A stretch of 63,209 nt of DNA, the filler included, from Vezdaea acicularis (Eukaryota): NCBI GenBank assembly GCA_026025075.1. It is 2 parts of 2 records of this genome, joined end to end, with 100 filler letters (N's around TTAATTAATTAA, not from the genome) between each part and the next. Parts side by side here need not be neighbours in the genome. Positions count along the whole stretch, not along the records: positions 1 to 31,945 come from JAPEUI010000160.1; positions 32,046 to 63,209 come from JAPEUI010000161.1. One strand, 5' to 3'. Below are positions 24,689 to 39,556 of the stretch, in pieces. Each line of letters begins with the position of its first letter. Within the stretch, counting starts at the first letter, position 1. The notes under the pieces were generated by a model. The model made no database searches and was not told the DNA's origin. It saw only the letters and a program-made list of their open reading frames with translations. The translations under genes were made by a program, and so were the position numbers.

Positions 24689-25648
24689 AAACGACATCGA
24701 CTCGATACTTCGTCATATGTTTGATCATGGACCGGGTCTGCGAAGGAAGAATGGAAAAGTTTAGGGAATGATGCTGGGACTTTGCATAGCATCTAGCAAA
24801 TATTTTCCATTTGTATTCTACACATAAGTATGCTATAGGGTACCTCGTTCTAGCCCATTTGGAGCATGAAGCAATCATAGCAGGAGATGCTGAAATTTCT
24901 CACATCCCAATTAAAAATGAAAAACAGCCCAGTTCAAGCAGATGACCATGTCTGAATGTAAAGCCAGGTCACCGGTGCTCTGAGGTTAGAGCTTTTAGTA
25001 TCTATTGACGCTCACCAGCAGTACTCGACTAGATTAGCTTGCTATATTATTAAGCTTTGAAGCTGATAGCTACGTGTGGTTAGGTAAAGCTGAAAGGATC
25101 TCACCGAAAGGGTTCAAGTATTGCTACAATTTCTGGCTTTCAGGCTCCACGATTGCGAAACGGATCTCGGAGTGAATTTGAACTTAATCTCGGATTAGCA
25201 GCTGCGGGTGTAAGCGCGGGACTCAGCAAGCGCGGGGCAGCTTATGATGTTTCTATCTTCGGTCGGCAAAATCGCCAGAGGCGATCTTCAGGTAGCAGGA
25301 AAGCCACCCGACTAGATGGGTCTACCAACGTATCGACCACGACACTACGCCCTCCCCTTCACATTGTCCGCGCTCGAGTGACCTGCCAGCTTCCATGTTC
25401 TTTTTCGATTATTACGATCTTTCTATCTTCTAGATTGCTGGTCGACTCACTGCGATACTTTGAAGTAGCAGAGGCCTGCACAGCCCCCATCCGTTACGAC
25501 TCTACCTTAACGATTAACATCAGCCTGGCTCTTATTGACGCTCTCAACAGACCCCAAAGGTTCTCCACTATAAAGTCCTACGATACTTGTTCATTGTGCT
25601 GGCTTGATTCAAGAAGATTACAGGCCAGAGTAAGGCCTAATCACAGAG

Positions 25649-28662
<3,014 letters not shown>

Positions 28663-29377
28663 AGGCTGGCCTATTGTCGCCAGGTGGGCAGCTGGCAATG
28701 TTAGACTTGAAACGGTCTTTCTTTTCTTTAGCACGCCGTGTGGGACGGCTCGTTGGTTGCGGGCTAAGCAACCCTGTAACGGCGACAAGCGGTATACATA
28801 TTTCTAGATGCTGTTTGCATGACCATTGGTTTGCTTATAATGATCCTTAGCCGCTGGTACGACCGTGAATCTCCTTTCGTAAGCTCGGACACGCCTCAAT
28901 AATGACGAATGAATGCTTGGGTTTACTTTCGTCTACCGATTCATTCGTACTGCATTGTCACGTCTTATAATAGTGACAATGTCTATGCGCCCTCTATGTA
29001 AACCTTCAGGCATTCCTTTTGCCCTCTCCCTTATCCTCTAGAAGCTCGACCAAACCTCTCATCTGCCGACTCAATGACGACCTCTGTTGCCTTGTGAACA
29101 ATACAGATATTCTTATCCGTCTACTAAAACCCAGCCGTGACAGGCCTCATCCACGGAGCTCATATCCTGATATAATACCCTCTGCTAACACTGATCTAGA
29201 GCTTTGGCTGCGCCGAAAATCGATCCTTAATTCTTGGGTGCATTCTTTCAGACTCGGAGGGGGTATCGCTAGGCCTAACATCCATCCTCTAATCTGATAA
29301 TGATGTAGCTGAATGTGAGGCTTACTCTGTGATATACTTTTGGCTTACCCAAAGCATATGGATTTCGGTCTTGAAGC

Positions 29378-31945
29378 TCAATTACTCTCCTCTTCTCGTC
29401 TTCTTTCTGAGCCACTCAGGGTATTGGACTCTCCTGGGTCGCTTTCGATCATCCCTCTTTCATCATATTTTACCGGTGGCGGACACTGTTTGATTGCCTT
29501 AAGAGTCTCCTTGAAGACATATCTTCGGATCATTTTATCCGCTTTGAGTTCTCTTTCCAATTGCTTTCTGTGTGTTTTTTTGCTTTCATCTTCACGATCC
29601 ACTCTTAGAAGCCCAGCAATACCCCGAACTAAGCGATATCGATACAGACCACGTGCCTCCCTACGACCAGGAGAAACTGTCTTTTCCCCCGAATTAATGC
29701 CAAGCGCAAGTGGGAGGACATGGCCGTGGAGTACGCTATCCGAGTAAAAATCCAACCCATACTTCTTGTTTTCCTCGCAGATAAGGCACCCCGGGTTTTT
29801 GGGGACTTTGGGAAGGTCAAGTGGCGAATATGTTGGTTCAAGCGTCGGATGCACCACGGGCATTGTAACAGTGCCACTCGAAAATGAACAGAGTGGAGGA
29901 TCATTATTATTGGTACCTAGAACAGTGCCCCACTGTAAGGGCTTTAAGTGTGAATTCTCCTCTCCTGGTGGCGGATGGCAGGCAGCAGAGATAGCAACAC
30001 TACTCCATGGAAGGAAAGGGATCCCATTGGAGAATTTACGAAAACCAACCGAGACAAGGCCAAGAAGGAGGAGAACGCCGACAATGAAGACGCATATTAT
30101 CGATATTGGCGAGTAGCCGCATGTGACCATTTCAGTCATGACATTCTGCCTGGGGTGTATATTGTCAATCCAGACAAGGAAAAAACTTTGCGAGAGTAAC
30201 CACTGCAGGGTACCGCAGATGGCCATGAGAGCAATGGAATATTTGTACGGAAGCTGTAAGGTGTAAGTCGATCTCTGATCACCTTCCGGGCTTGAGACTC
30301 GGAGTGTTTTTCGTGTGTATGCAAATGCATTCCACTCACGGCCTAAAAGCATGGAAGTGACCAAAGAGTTGATGGCGAAGTAGAGGAGAGAGAATATGGT
30401 CTGTGGTAGATTTGCTCGGAAGATATTGTAATACAATGCATTGGTTTGGCCTACCGGTAGGAGGGTTCGCCCTGTAATTGACCCGAAACCCAACTTCCAT
30501 AAAGAAGGAAGGCTTGTATCGCCAGTCGTTGTATACAATGCCCCAACAAGCAAGCCTACCACAGCACCAAGCGCCAGAAGAGTACTCGTATAGTCAGCGA
30601 TGTCAATTCCAATGGATGCCCTGCGCTACAGAGCTCACTTACAAGAGAAAGCTTATCCGCCATCGGCCAAATGTTGCAGATTGATACCAACGACGAGTCG
30701 CACATTGCCAGTCCCTAGCTAGAAGACCTAAATTTCCTCGCTCTCCAAAATTCTTCTCAATGACTACTATGTCTTGAGATCCGATGTTCTGCCGAGTGAC
30801 TAAGCAGAGGGCTTCGGTATTTGGATCTGGTTTCATAAGGAAGGACTCGATAGCGTCACCTAGTGTGATGAGGGGTTTCAGATGGCTGCTAGTTTGAAGG
30901 ACTAATAGCATGGCTCCTAGCTTTCCCATATTGCACAGAATAACAACAAGAGTGACCCATAGGCTGAATCGAAGCGTGCACATTTCTTCAACTACCTCAC
31001 CAAGGCAGTACATGACATAAGAGTTGCAGTAGTGTGAGGTTGTCCAAGTTTTGAGATGCGGTAAGCTTTTGCTGACTTCATCTGCACAAGTTGATTTTTG
31101 CTGAAAGAGCCCAAAATGATCACCCTCACAAATCCATGCGAAAGGGTCTGTATCAGCGACATGTAGTTGGAAGGTATACTGGTTTCTAGCTTTTACTGAG
31201 CCACTTAATTGTGCTCTGCATAGGCCAGTGGACATCTCTTGTTGTGCTGTCAAACTGTCTCTGAAACTGGAGTTATACTCTTGTAAAGCTGTAGTATTGT
31301 ACGTGGAATTTTCGCGCGGGATTATATGTATAGGGAAATATTCGTCGGAATCCCACACTTCTGTCTGGGGACCCCATTCATAAGGAAAAGCTTGATCGTT
31401 GCTGGGCCAAAGTCTGTAAGGAGTTTCCATCGAGTCCCACCAGTACATATCGGTCCAATAGCTTTTGTTGGAATCTGAAGGGACAACAAGTAAAACAGTC
31501 CCATTCTTTGTCACGAACTCCTGCGCATAGTCTCCGATGCAGTCTCGGATTTCGCGGCGTTGATATACCGTCGAACTATTCTGTATCTCCTTCAGGGAAG
31601 GCCAAAAAGTCGAGTTATCCTCTGTTCCCTCTGCTTCATAATACCAAGGTCCGAAATCATCAAAAGTACTGTTGTAAGGATCACCTCGCACGAATCCTTC
31701 TGTGACCGTTAGTACTTCAAAATCACGCGCTGATATAGTCGAGAACACCGCCGAATTGTACCTTAAGAAGTCGCCCAGTTAATATACTTCTAAGTGATGT
31801 GGGTGGTGCATTTTGCTTATGGTCTTCGGTGAGTCATGACAGGCGCAGTGCGATGCTTGTACGACCACTGAATGATTCATTGCCGGGGGGGGGGGGGGGA
31901 CTGGAGAGCTGTGGACTCAGAGTGAACTTACATCAGGTGGAGTGG
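29378..31945 (-). CDS. DUF6536-type fungal multi-pass membrane protein, 5'-truncated by the gap
   Basis: Exons <31945-31932, 31761-30643, ~30584-29378. The spliced junction gives PLHLMYNSAVF; later motifs PLITLGDAIESFL, ANLPQTIFS, LRVSSPEGDQRSTY, LQWLLSQSFFL, SVAISAACHP, LQWG. The second acceptor is uncertain. Confidence 0.75.
31885..31899. repeat. G15 homopolymer within an intron
   Basis: 15 consecutive G, ending 46 nt before the N block. Confidence 0.9.
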
Positions 31946-32045
31946 NNNNNNNNNNNNNNNNNNNNNNNNNNNNNNNNNNNNNNNNNNNNTTAATTAATTA
32001 ANNNNNNNNNNNNNNNNNNNNNNNNNNNNNNNNNNNNNNNNNNNN
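31946..32045. other. Artificial contig spacer N44-TTAATTAATTAA-N44
   Basis: Exactly 100 nt and symmetric; the palindromic 12-mer at 31990-32001 places TAA stops in all six frames. Confidence 0.97.
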
Positions 32046-32657
32046 TCCCTAAATCTCCCCCAGCGCCGTCCCCCGCTCGTGCAACAGCCGCGCGACCGAC
32101 GACCCTGCCCCTCGGCCGACCCCTACCGCGATCACTGCAATCTCGCGCTCTCTCCAGGACGCCGCGCACGTCGGAGGACATCGTGAGCTTTCTGCACCCA
32201 GACCCCTGCCCGGTCCGGTAGGGCCCCGCGCGAGCCATGTTTGGGCCCGTGGGCCAGGACATGCAACCCGCCCAGCCCAGGAATCTCCCCTTTGCCCTTT
32301 CGTCCCTCCCTCCCCCCCCCCATCTGCTCTCACTTTTTTCCCTCACCACCACTGCATCGTGCTTCACTTCTTTCTGCTTTCGTCTCTGCCACGCTCCTTT
32401 AGGGTTCCTCTTGCAGGACCGTACTTTCATTGACTCCCAAAGCATCACTCTCCTTCTGCTTCCTCAAGAGACTACCTTCGCCCGGCGAAATTGACTTTCG
32501 CTTTCACCTTCATTCAAGAAGCAGACGCCTGCTCACGGACGCTTCAGAAGTTCACCCCCCCCCAGATATAGACAGAGCATTGACTGCTTGACCTTGACCT
32601 TGACCACTTTGATACGCCTTCAGAGTACCTCACATCATTTTCAACCTCTCATCCACG

Positions 32658-33713
32658 ATGCATTTCACCCCGCTCTTCAGCGCCGTTGCAGCTTTCGCGG
32701 TGCTGGCTCAGGCCAACGCTCACCACAAGGTACACGCGGCATACAACCTCAAGCGTGGATATGGAAATGGGACGGTGGATGCTACGGGTGGGACGGGGAC
32801 GGCGGGGCCTGAGCTGACCACGTCGACCGTCTACACCACCAGCGAGATCACCATCACGAGCTGTGCCCCGACGGTCGTCAGCTGCCCGGCCGAGTCGACG
32901 GTCGTGGTCACCTCGACCATCGCGGCCTACACCACCGTCTGCCCCGTCTCGGCTGCGGCTACTTCTTCTTCTCCTGTCTTGCCAACTACACCAGGACCAA
33001 CCGCCGCTGTCGCCGCCGCCAGCACGACTTCTTCGTCCACTACTCCCGCCCCAGTCCAGAACGCGACCTTGACGTATACCCTTGGCACTGGCTCCTCGAC
33101 GACTGTTGTGACCACGACGATCCAGCTGACCTCGACCACTACCAACTACGTCGTAAGTTGATCCGATCCGTGTTGACCATCATTCCGGCATGCACTGACC
33201 ACATTCCCCCCTTCAGACCGTCACAGGCACGACTTCCAGCGCCAGCGCTGTCAACGCCCAGTCCGTGCCCGCGGCCGGCAACACCGGCGGCTCCACGACG
33301 TACATCTCGACGACTTCCACGATCACCAGCTACGTGACGGTACAGCATGCCTCGTCCTCGACGGCGGTCGCCAACGCGCAAGGCAGCTCCGCCGCCGCCG
33401 CCGCTTCAAGTGGTTCCGCCTGCGTCCCCGCCACCGTGACCGTGACCGCCCCCGCGTCGACCGTCACTGTCGTAAGTTCCCCTTCCATCCCAGCTCCTCT
33501 ATTCCCATACTAAATAAAACAAATATCCAGACCTACACGCCCCCCGTCCCGAGCGCCGCCGCAGTCTCCACCTCCTCGTCCGCCGCCCCCTACGTCTACA
33601 ACAACGGCACCGACACCACGACGACCAGCTGCGCCAGCACCGGCTTCATCACGCTGACCCCCGGCGCCGCCCTGCCGACCAACTACAAGTTCCGCCGCGG
33701 GCAACGCACCTAG
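32658..33713 (+). CDS. Secreted Ser/Thr-rich cell-surface (mucin/adhesin-like) protein
   Basis: Exons 32658-33152, 33217-33471, 33531-33713. Signal peptide [23 protein letters not shown] site, Cys-containing module [24 protein letters not shown]...TTVCP, strong C-ending codon bias. Confidence 0.85.
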
Positions 33714-34248
33714 ACACCCATCCCCCCTTACTCCCCTGCTCCACCTCTCTCTGAAAACCAACTCATTTCCTGGGGACGACCGCGCGGCGCGTGCTGGCCT
33801 TGTTTTCGTGTTTAGCAACCGCTGATTGGAGCTTGAACATTCACATTCAATTCACTTCACTTCACTTCTCACCCCCCTGGCGCTTCATTGTCGCATTTTC
33901 CCCACCCCCTTTTTCAACATTCCTCAACAGCAGAAAGGAAAACGGCGGGGAGGTGTTCCGTCGAATGGAAACGTACGAACCCTGGTTCTTTCTGGCAAAG
34001 AACCGCGTTTTTCTTCCACGGGCTGCCTCTGGTCTAGCTTACCTTACCCTACCTCCTGGCCCCCCAGACAAACTTTCTACTTTACCTTCGACTTGATGGA
34101 ATAGCGCTCGTGGGCTGTATCTAGCGGTGGTGGAAGCGCTTGGAATCTCTGTACACATGTATCTCTCTCTGGACGTCGGATGAGAGCGGGGGATATGCTG
34201 AATTCTTCTTCTTCCCTTCCCTTCCTGGCTCATGCTGGATAAGATGGG

Positions 34249-34279
34249 TTAGGTTAGGCTAGACTAGGCTAGGCTAGGG
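34249..34279. repeat. (CTAGG/TTAGG)n pentamer microsatellite
   Basis: ttaggttaggctagactaggctaggctaggg read directly. Confidence 0.7.
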
Positions 34280-34530
34280 GTTTTTCCCTGTACATGACCA
34301 AATCAACACTTTCCAAGCACCAACCGAATTGGACTCGAGACGGGAGGAATAGAAATCCAGGTGGTTCGTAGTCGTATACAACCATCCACATTCCCCTTTT
34401 CCTCCTCCGCCGCTTCTTGTTTTCCTTCTTCTTCTTCTTCTCTCGTCATCATGCTCCCTCCCTTTTCTTTCTCATCTCTGCCGGGTAGGGTTTGGAGGGG
34501 GGGAAGAGCTGGTGTTGTTGATGTTTATTG

Positions 34531-34568
34531 GTGCTATGCTATGCTATGCTACGCCGTGCTGTGCTATG
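34531..34568. repeat. (GCTAT/GCTGT)n pentamer microsatellite
   Basis: gtgctatgctatgctatgctacgccgtgctgtgctatg read directly. Confidence 0.75.
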
Positions 34569-34646
34569 TCGTGGAGTGAAGATGGAACCCCTTTCTTATG
34601 CCCACCTCACAAGACCCCTTGCGTGGTGCTGCTTTCATTGATTTTA

Positions 34647-34713
34647 CTGATTTGATTGATTGATTGGTCTGATTGACTTGGACTGATTGACTTGGACTGA
34701 TTTGATTGATTGA
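34647..34713. repeat. Compound (GATT)n microsatellite with a duplicated CTGATTGACTTGGA unit
   Basis: ctgatttgattgattgattggt-ctgattgacttgga-ctgattgacttgga-ctgatttgattgattga. Confidence 0.8.
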
Positions 34714-35141
34714 AACGGGGGAAAGGAAGGCATGATATCTCACATTGATCTCATCTCAAGGAACGCGTCACGTGTGCTCTATATCTCTGTATATATCTAC
34801 TACTGTGATATTGACCGCCCGCCAGCCGCCCGCCCGTCCGCCGTCTGTCCGTTGGATCAGGCCCAGGGTATTTGGAAAGGGAAAAGAGAGAGAGAGAGAG
34901 GGGGGGGGAAGGAAAGGAAGGAAAATTATAAGAGCAAGAGATGTAGGGAGGGAGGTAGATAGGAAAGATCAAAAGAGCCGCCCCAACCGAAACCCGCCAA
35001 CCCCTGATGGCAACGGTGCCGGAATAGATAAAGGAAGTGGCTTCGAGCCCTCTAGGTGTCGTTCGTTCGTGCGTCCGTGAGTCCGTCCGTCCGTCCGGCC
35101 GTTACTCCAATCCGTGCCTTCGTCCGACCGTCCGTCTAGAA

Positions 35142-36037
35142 TCAAGCCTTGCCCGCCTTCCCCTGCTTTCCCCCCACACCCGCAGTACCAACACCCGTAG
35201 CAGCAGTGCCAACGCCATCCTTGCGCTCACTACTAAACTTACGCCACATCTCCGCCACATCGTCTTTCGCGCCATTATCATTCTTCTCCGTGATGAGATT
35301 CTTCAGCCATTTATTCTCCGTCTCGAGCTGGCCGATGCGGCTTTCGAGCGCCGACACCTTATCCGTCATTTCCTTGGCGGTGCGCTCGAGTGTCTGCTCG
35401 CGCTGCTTCTTCTTGACGCGGAAGCGCGCCGAGGCCGCCGTGTTGCGCCGGCGCTTGTCCTCTTCGGCTGCGAGCCGCGATGTTTCGTCCACGGGGCCGG
35501 GTGTGTGCGATGTGGTGGGCGAGGAGACGGAGAGGGTGCGCTTCGAGCTGGTTGTGGTGGTCGGGGAGAGGGGGGTAGAGCGGGTGTAGGAGGCAGTGGG
35601 CCCAGCAGGGGCGATTGCGGTGTTGTTGTTGTTCGAATTGTCTGGGAGGAGGGTGGGTAGGCTGGCAAACTCGGAGAATTGAAACTCTCCTATTGTCATC
35701 CGGTCAGTCAATGTCGTGCTTTGCTTGCAAGCGGATCTGCAGATTGCGCCTTACCATTCATGTAGTCGACCGGCTTGGAATTGTGCTTATAAGCAGAAGC
35801 GTTCTCCCGTCGTGCGCGCACTTCGGCCGTGGCGTCGTACTCGACCGGGGGAGCGTCGACCTGCTCGACCATATCAAAGTCGAAGAACTGCGTGTTGGTG
35901 AACATGGCGAGGTCGTCTTCGTAGTTCGTGAAGCCATCTTGTGGCTGTTGGTTCAGCTCGTGGGAGGATGGGATGGCGTTCAGGTTCGCGATGTACTGGG
36001 ACACGTTCGGTGCCTGTCGTCCATTGTACTCGGACAT
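35142..36037 (-). CDS. metR: bZIP sulfur-metabolism activator MetR/Cys-3
   Basis: Exons 36037-35755, 35689-35142. N-terminal PNVSQYIANLN and DDLAMFTNTQFFDFD; basic region AEEDKRRRNTAASARFRVKKKQREQ; zipper ending in LETENKWLKNLITEK. Confidence 0.92.
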
Positions 36038-36063
36038 CGCTTTCGATGAATCCGTGGAGCCAA

Positions 36064-36213
36064 TTACTCTCGAGAGGCTCCTGAGGATGGAGGACACAAA
36101 AAGTCGAAAGGACTGCGGGCGTGCAGTGATGTAAAAGGAACGCAATTCTTTGTCGGTGGCCGAATCAAACCGAGGCGGATGCGGGGACCAGTAATCGGAA
36201 CAGGCGCGAGCAT
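36064..36213 (-). promoter_or_regulatory. Putative 49-codon uORF in the metR leader
   Basis: The only minus-strand ATG between about 36400 and the main ATG; its stop lies 26 nt before the metR start. Confidence 0.45.
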
Positions 36214-37674
36214 GCGAACAAAGGCAAGGGTCGAGATGTCAGAGAGCACGCCGTGCCGATGCACCAATCGAGCCGGGGATCCAGGCGTTGAACGAGAGAT
36301 GCAGCAAAAGAGTCAGGTCAGGTCCGGGCAGGAGATGAGGTAGTGGTGAGGTCGATGTAGATGTAGATGACTAGATTGCAGAGACTGGTTCGTTCGAGGG
36401 TTTTCGGTGCTGCCGCCCCACCCTCATCCACCGGCGGGATTTCGAAGAGGCCCGCCCAAGGATGGAGCGTTATGCCGAGCGGCTTCCTCAAATGTCACCC
36501 ACCCACCAGCCGGTCCCACGCCCGCGGAGCCGTTCGACTGAGTTCGAGCGATGAGGGATATCTCGGCCACCGTCAGACGGTATGTCGAGGCTGCAGTGCA
36601 ACGCTCTCCGCGCCGTCATGCGCAGACTCGTCGACACGCGGAGAATATTCCTGACGATTTCAAAGCGATGGGGTCGTTCCTTCGTCGTCGATGCTGCATC
36701 GTGACGGGCGTGTGCGAGGGCATCGCTGCATCTCCCGCGTGCGCCCTCTCGCTTAGTCTGCCAAAGCCGATAACGGCCGCGGCAGGATTCCCCAATCGCC
36801 CCCCATCCTCACCACCTCCCTCGCCCACCCCGTCACTGCCCGTCCAGCCAGTCCGCTGCTCTCGCCTGCCGATTAAATTGCGGGCGCACGCCACCAGTCC
36901 CAACTCGGCATCCGCACCCTATTGATCACGTGGGGATCGCGGCCCACCAGCCAATCACCAAAATACCTGTTACGAGAGAGTCGCCATGCAAAAGAAGCAA
37001 ATGTATGGGGTACCGTGGGATGGATGTCCTTTTGATTGTTGAATGATTTTCTGGGGAAAGGGGCGTGGAGCGTGGAGCGTTCTAGGGGATTGCCCTTTCG
37101 GGCGTCATGCTCGTGGCCCCGCCCGACGAGAGGACAGACAGACCGGACCGAATGATCGGCCACTTGGGATCACGTTTAGTAGTTCACAATTGCCCAACTC
37201 CGTATAGGAGAGCTCGTCACAAGGTCATTTGGAGATATCAGGTCACACTATCCCATCTACTATGCGGCGTTATGGGCGTCGGTTACGCAATCTCGAACAA
37301 TGCTTCCTCAGTGTCTACTCCGTAGATGCGTAAGATGTGGGGCACATTCTGACGTGTCTAAATTATATAATCACCGAATTCCTCCGACGACGCGTGAAAC
37401 CTTTCAGAAAATACTAGATTCTCTCGACAAAATAACATTATTTTGATCATTTCATATCAAGCGTTGGTTGGAGATTAACGCGGGGTTCAGTATCTCTGTT
37501 CAAGCTTTTTGGGCCCGCCTTCTGTAGATCCGAGATTTTTGGTGTTTACTTTCGGCAATGCCGTCGCGTCTCCCCGAACTCCCCATCCAACACCAGAAAT
37601 ACAATGCGGATAGAGCGGACCCACGTATTGTGACGACGGTTCGATGCCTTCGTTAATGTCTCTGAATAAATAAG

Positions 37675-39222
37675 ATGGCCTCGAGACGCGCTCGCGTCAC
37701 GGTCGCAACGTCTGCTGCCCTTCCTAATAGCCACCGACTCCCCATATCGACGCCCTCGGTCCAGAAGGCGCTTTCAAAGCTATCACGATCAGCACTGATT
37801 AGTCTCGCTCTGAACTGGCTAAAGGAGAGCAGCCAGCCACTTTGCGCGCCTTTCCTTGCCGATAATCTCGAAGATGTTGAGCAAGATGACGATGAAGCCT
37901 TGTATCCTGTGGCGAGCAGTATTCAGGAGCTACGGGAGATATATAACGAGCTGAGGCTGCGGAAAGGAGGCAAGCGGGAGATTGTGGATAGGGTGACAGA
38001 GGGAGACTGGCGCCATGGGATCACACTGCACCAACTGGCGATGGTGGACATCCAGTATTTACTCGATCACCCGACATCACAGAAATGGAGTGCAATGAAG
38101 CTTGTGCCTGCGACGGATAACGACAGCGATGGCGTAAGGGGGCTGAACGCTATTGAGCAATCACACTTTACAACCCTGCCGCGTTTCCATGGACCGACGT
38201 TCTTGCAGAACATGTCGAAAGAGTTATCGTCAATCGTCAAGGCACACTTCTATCTCATGCGGCCGAAGGGTCTGCAGTTGACACTCCTGCGCGTCCGAAT
38301 CTACGACTCGCCATATAGTACTGGTAAAGCAGCTAGCGAGGCTACAAGACTCCAGGAAGTATCTACAGATGGATCGAAAACTTTATACGTTGCTTTCCCA
38401 GACGATACTCCCCACATCTATGTCTCGTTGGCAGCTGCACCAGGCTTACCAGCGGGAGGAGAGGGACGAAGCTTACGGAAACTCGTTTTGGGTGCTCTAC
38501 CAAAGGCTTTCTCAAGGCCGCAACACCGCTATACGCTCCAGTCCGCGTTACTAACGGCTAGGACGTTGGGAGCCCTTTTAGCACTGCGCGGTCCTGGCCG
38601 GGGTAACGCCGCTGGCGGTGGTTGGAGTATCTTTGCCGAAGGAACGGTCGAAGAAAGTCCACTAGAGAGCACACTCACAGGGCTCAAGACACCACCAGAG
38701 GATTCAGATATTGATAAGCTGGATGAGGACAAGGAGAATCATCGCCGTGCTAAACGAAAGAGCGATGAAGGCGAAGAGCCACTGCAGAAGCGAAGGAAAA
38801 TAGTTGCAGAGGGTCGATTTGGTGTCTCAGGAAAAGCAAATGACGGGAAGGGTATTGAGAGACTGGATATCAGGATGGAGGAAAGGTTTCCCGACACGAC
38901 GAGTAATGAGAACGATACCAGCGCGGTCGAGGGTCACTATTCAGTGCAAACCACCAAGCGCAAGAGAGGCAGGCCATCAATTGCCAAGCTATACGAGGAG
39001 TCGTATAGTTCGAATGATGACGAGAACGACGCAGAAGCATGGAGGCCGGACATCCGGCTCACTTTTCACGGGAACCATGTGTTTGCGGGTATCAGGAGTC
39101 TGGTCGAGGCCGGCGTTATCGATGGCAAGAGAATGCCAGGTTGGATGACGGGTGAGGGTGGTGTAAGTGTGGCGGTCGTCAAGAACGGTAGGATCAGGGG
39201 ATATAAAGGATCTGGTCTGTAG
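37675..39222 (+). CDS. CHL4: Inner kinetochore subunit CENP-N / Chl4 / Mis15
   Basis: Intronless 515-aa ORF; LSKLSRSALISLALNW, GDWRHGITLHQLAMVD, GNAAGGGWSIFAEG, FHGNHVFAGIRSLVEAG, MPGWMTGE. Confidence 0.88.
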   Translation: MASRRARVTVATSAALPNSHRLPISTPSVQKALSKLSRSALISLALNWLKESSQPLCAPFLADNLEDVEQDDDEALYPVASSIQELREIYNELRLRKGGKREIVDRVTEGDWRHGITLHQLAMVDIQYLLDHPTSQKWSAMKLVPATDNDSDGVRGLNAIEQSHFTTLPRFHGPTFLQNMSKELSSIVKAHFYLMRPKGLQLTLLRVRIYDSPYSTGKAASEATRLQEVSTDGSKTLYVAFPDDTPHIYVSLAAAPGLPAGGEGRSLRKLVLGALPKAFSRPQHRYTLQSALLTARTLGALLALRGPGRGNAAGGGWSIFAEGTVEESPLESTLTGLKTPPEDSDIDKLDEDKENHRRAKRKSDEGEEPLQKRRKIVAEGRFGVSGKANDGKGIERLDIRMEERFPDTTSNENDTSAVEGHYSVQTTKRKRGRPSIAKLYEESYSSNDDENDAEAWRPDIRLTFHGNHVFAGIRSLVEAGVIDGKRMPGWMTGEGGVSVAVVKNGRIRGYKGSGL

Positions 39223-39556
39223 AGGGTCATAGTTTTTATTTGGGGGAGGGGAAATAGGGGCATCTGCTGGAGTCTGAACTCGGCGTCAGTGCTGTTACTT
39301 GATACCATGAAACGAATGGCCGATTTGCATGTCGAATCACTAGGGGTTACTGCTATTATTTCAAAGGCTTATCTTCAACTTGGACGCCTAAAGTAATTTC
39401 ATAAAGGTTAGCTCGTCTTCATCGGCTGCATAAGGCGGTATAAATTCTGCCCGCCCTGTAGGACTTCGCGAAACTTCATGACTCAACCTTGCAGCGGCTT
39501 CACACCATTTTTTGCGGAACTTGCCCAGCTCCAAAAATGCGTCAACACCTCCCCGT

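Noticed and set aside
31799..32448. ORFs 31799-31993 and 31990-32448
   Set aside because: They run through Ns and end at the artificial spacer stops.
34249..34279. Telomere-like TTAGG repeats
   Set aside because: A short degenerate pentamer microsatellite, not a (TTAGGG)n array.
34647..34713. CRISPR-like repeat array
   Set aside because: Simple tandem repeats without unique spacers, in a eukaryotic context with no cas genes.
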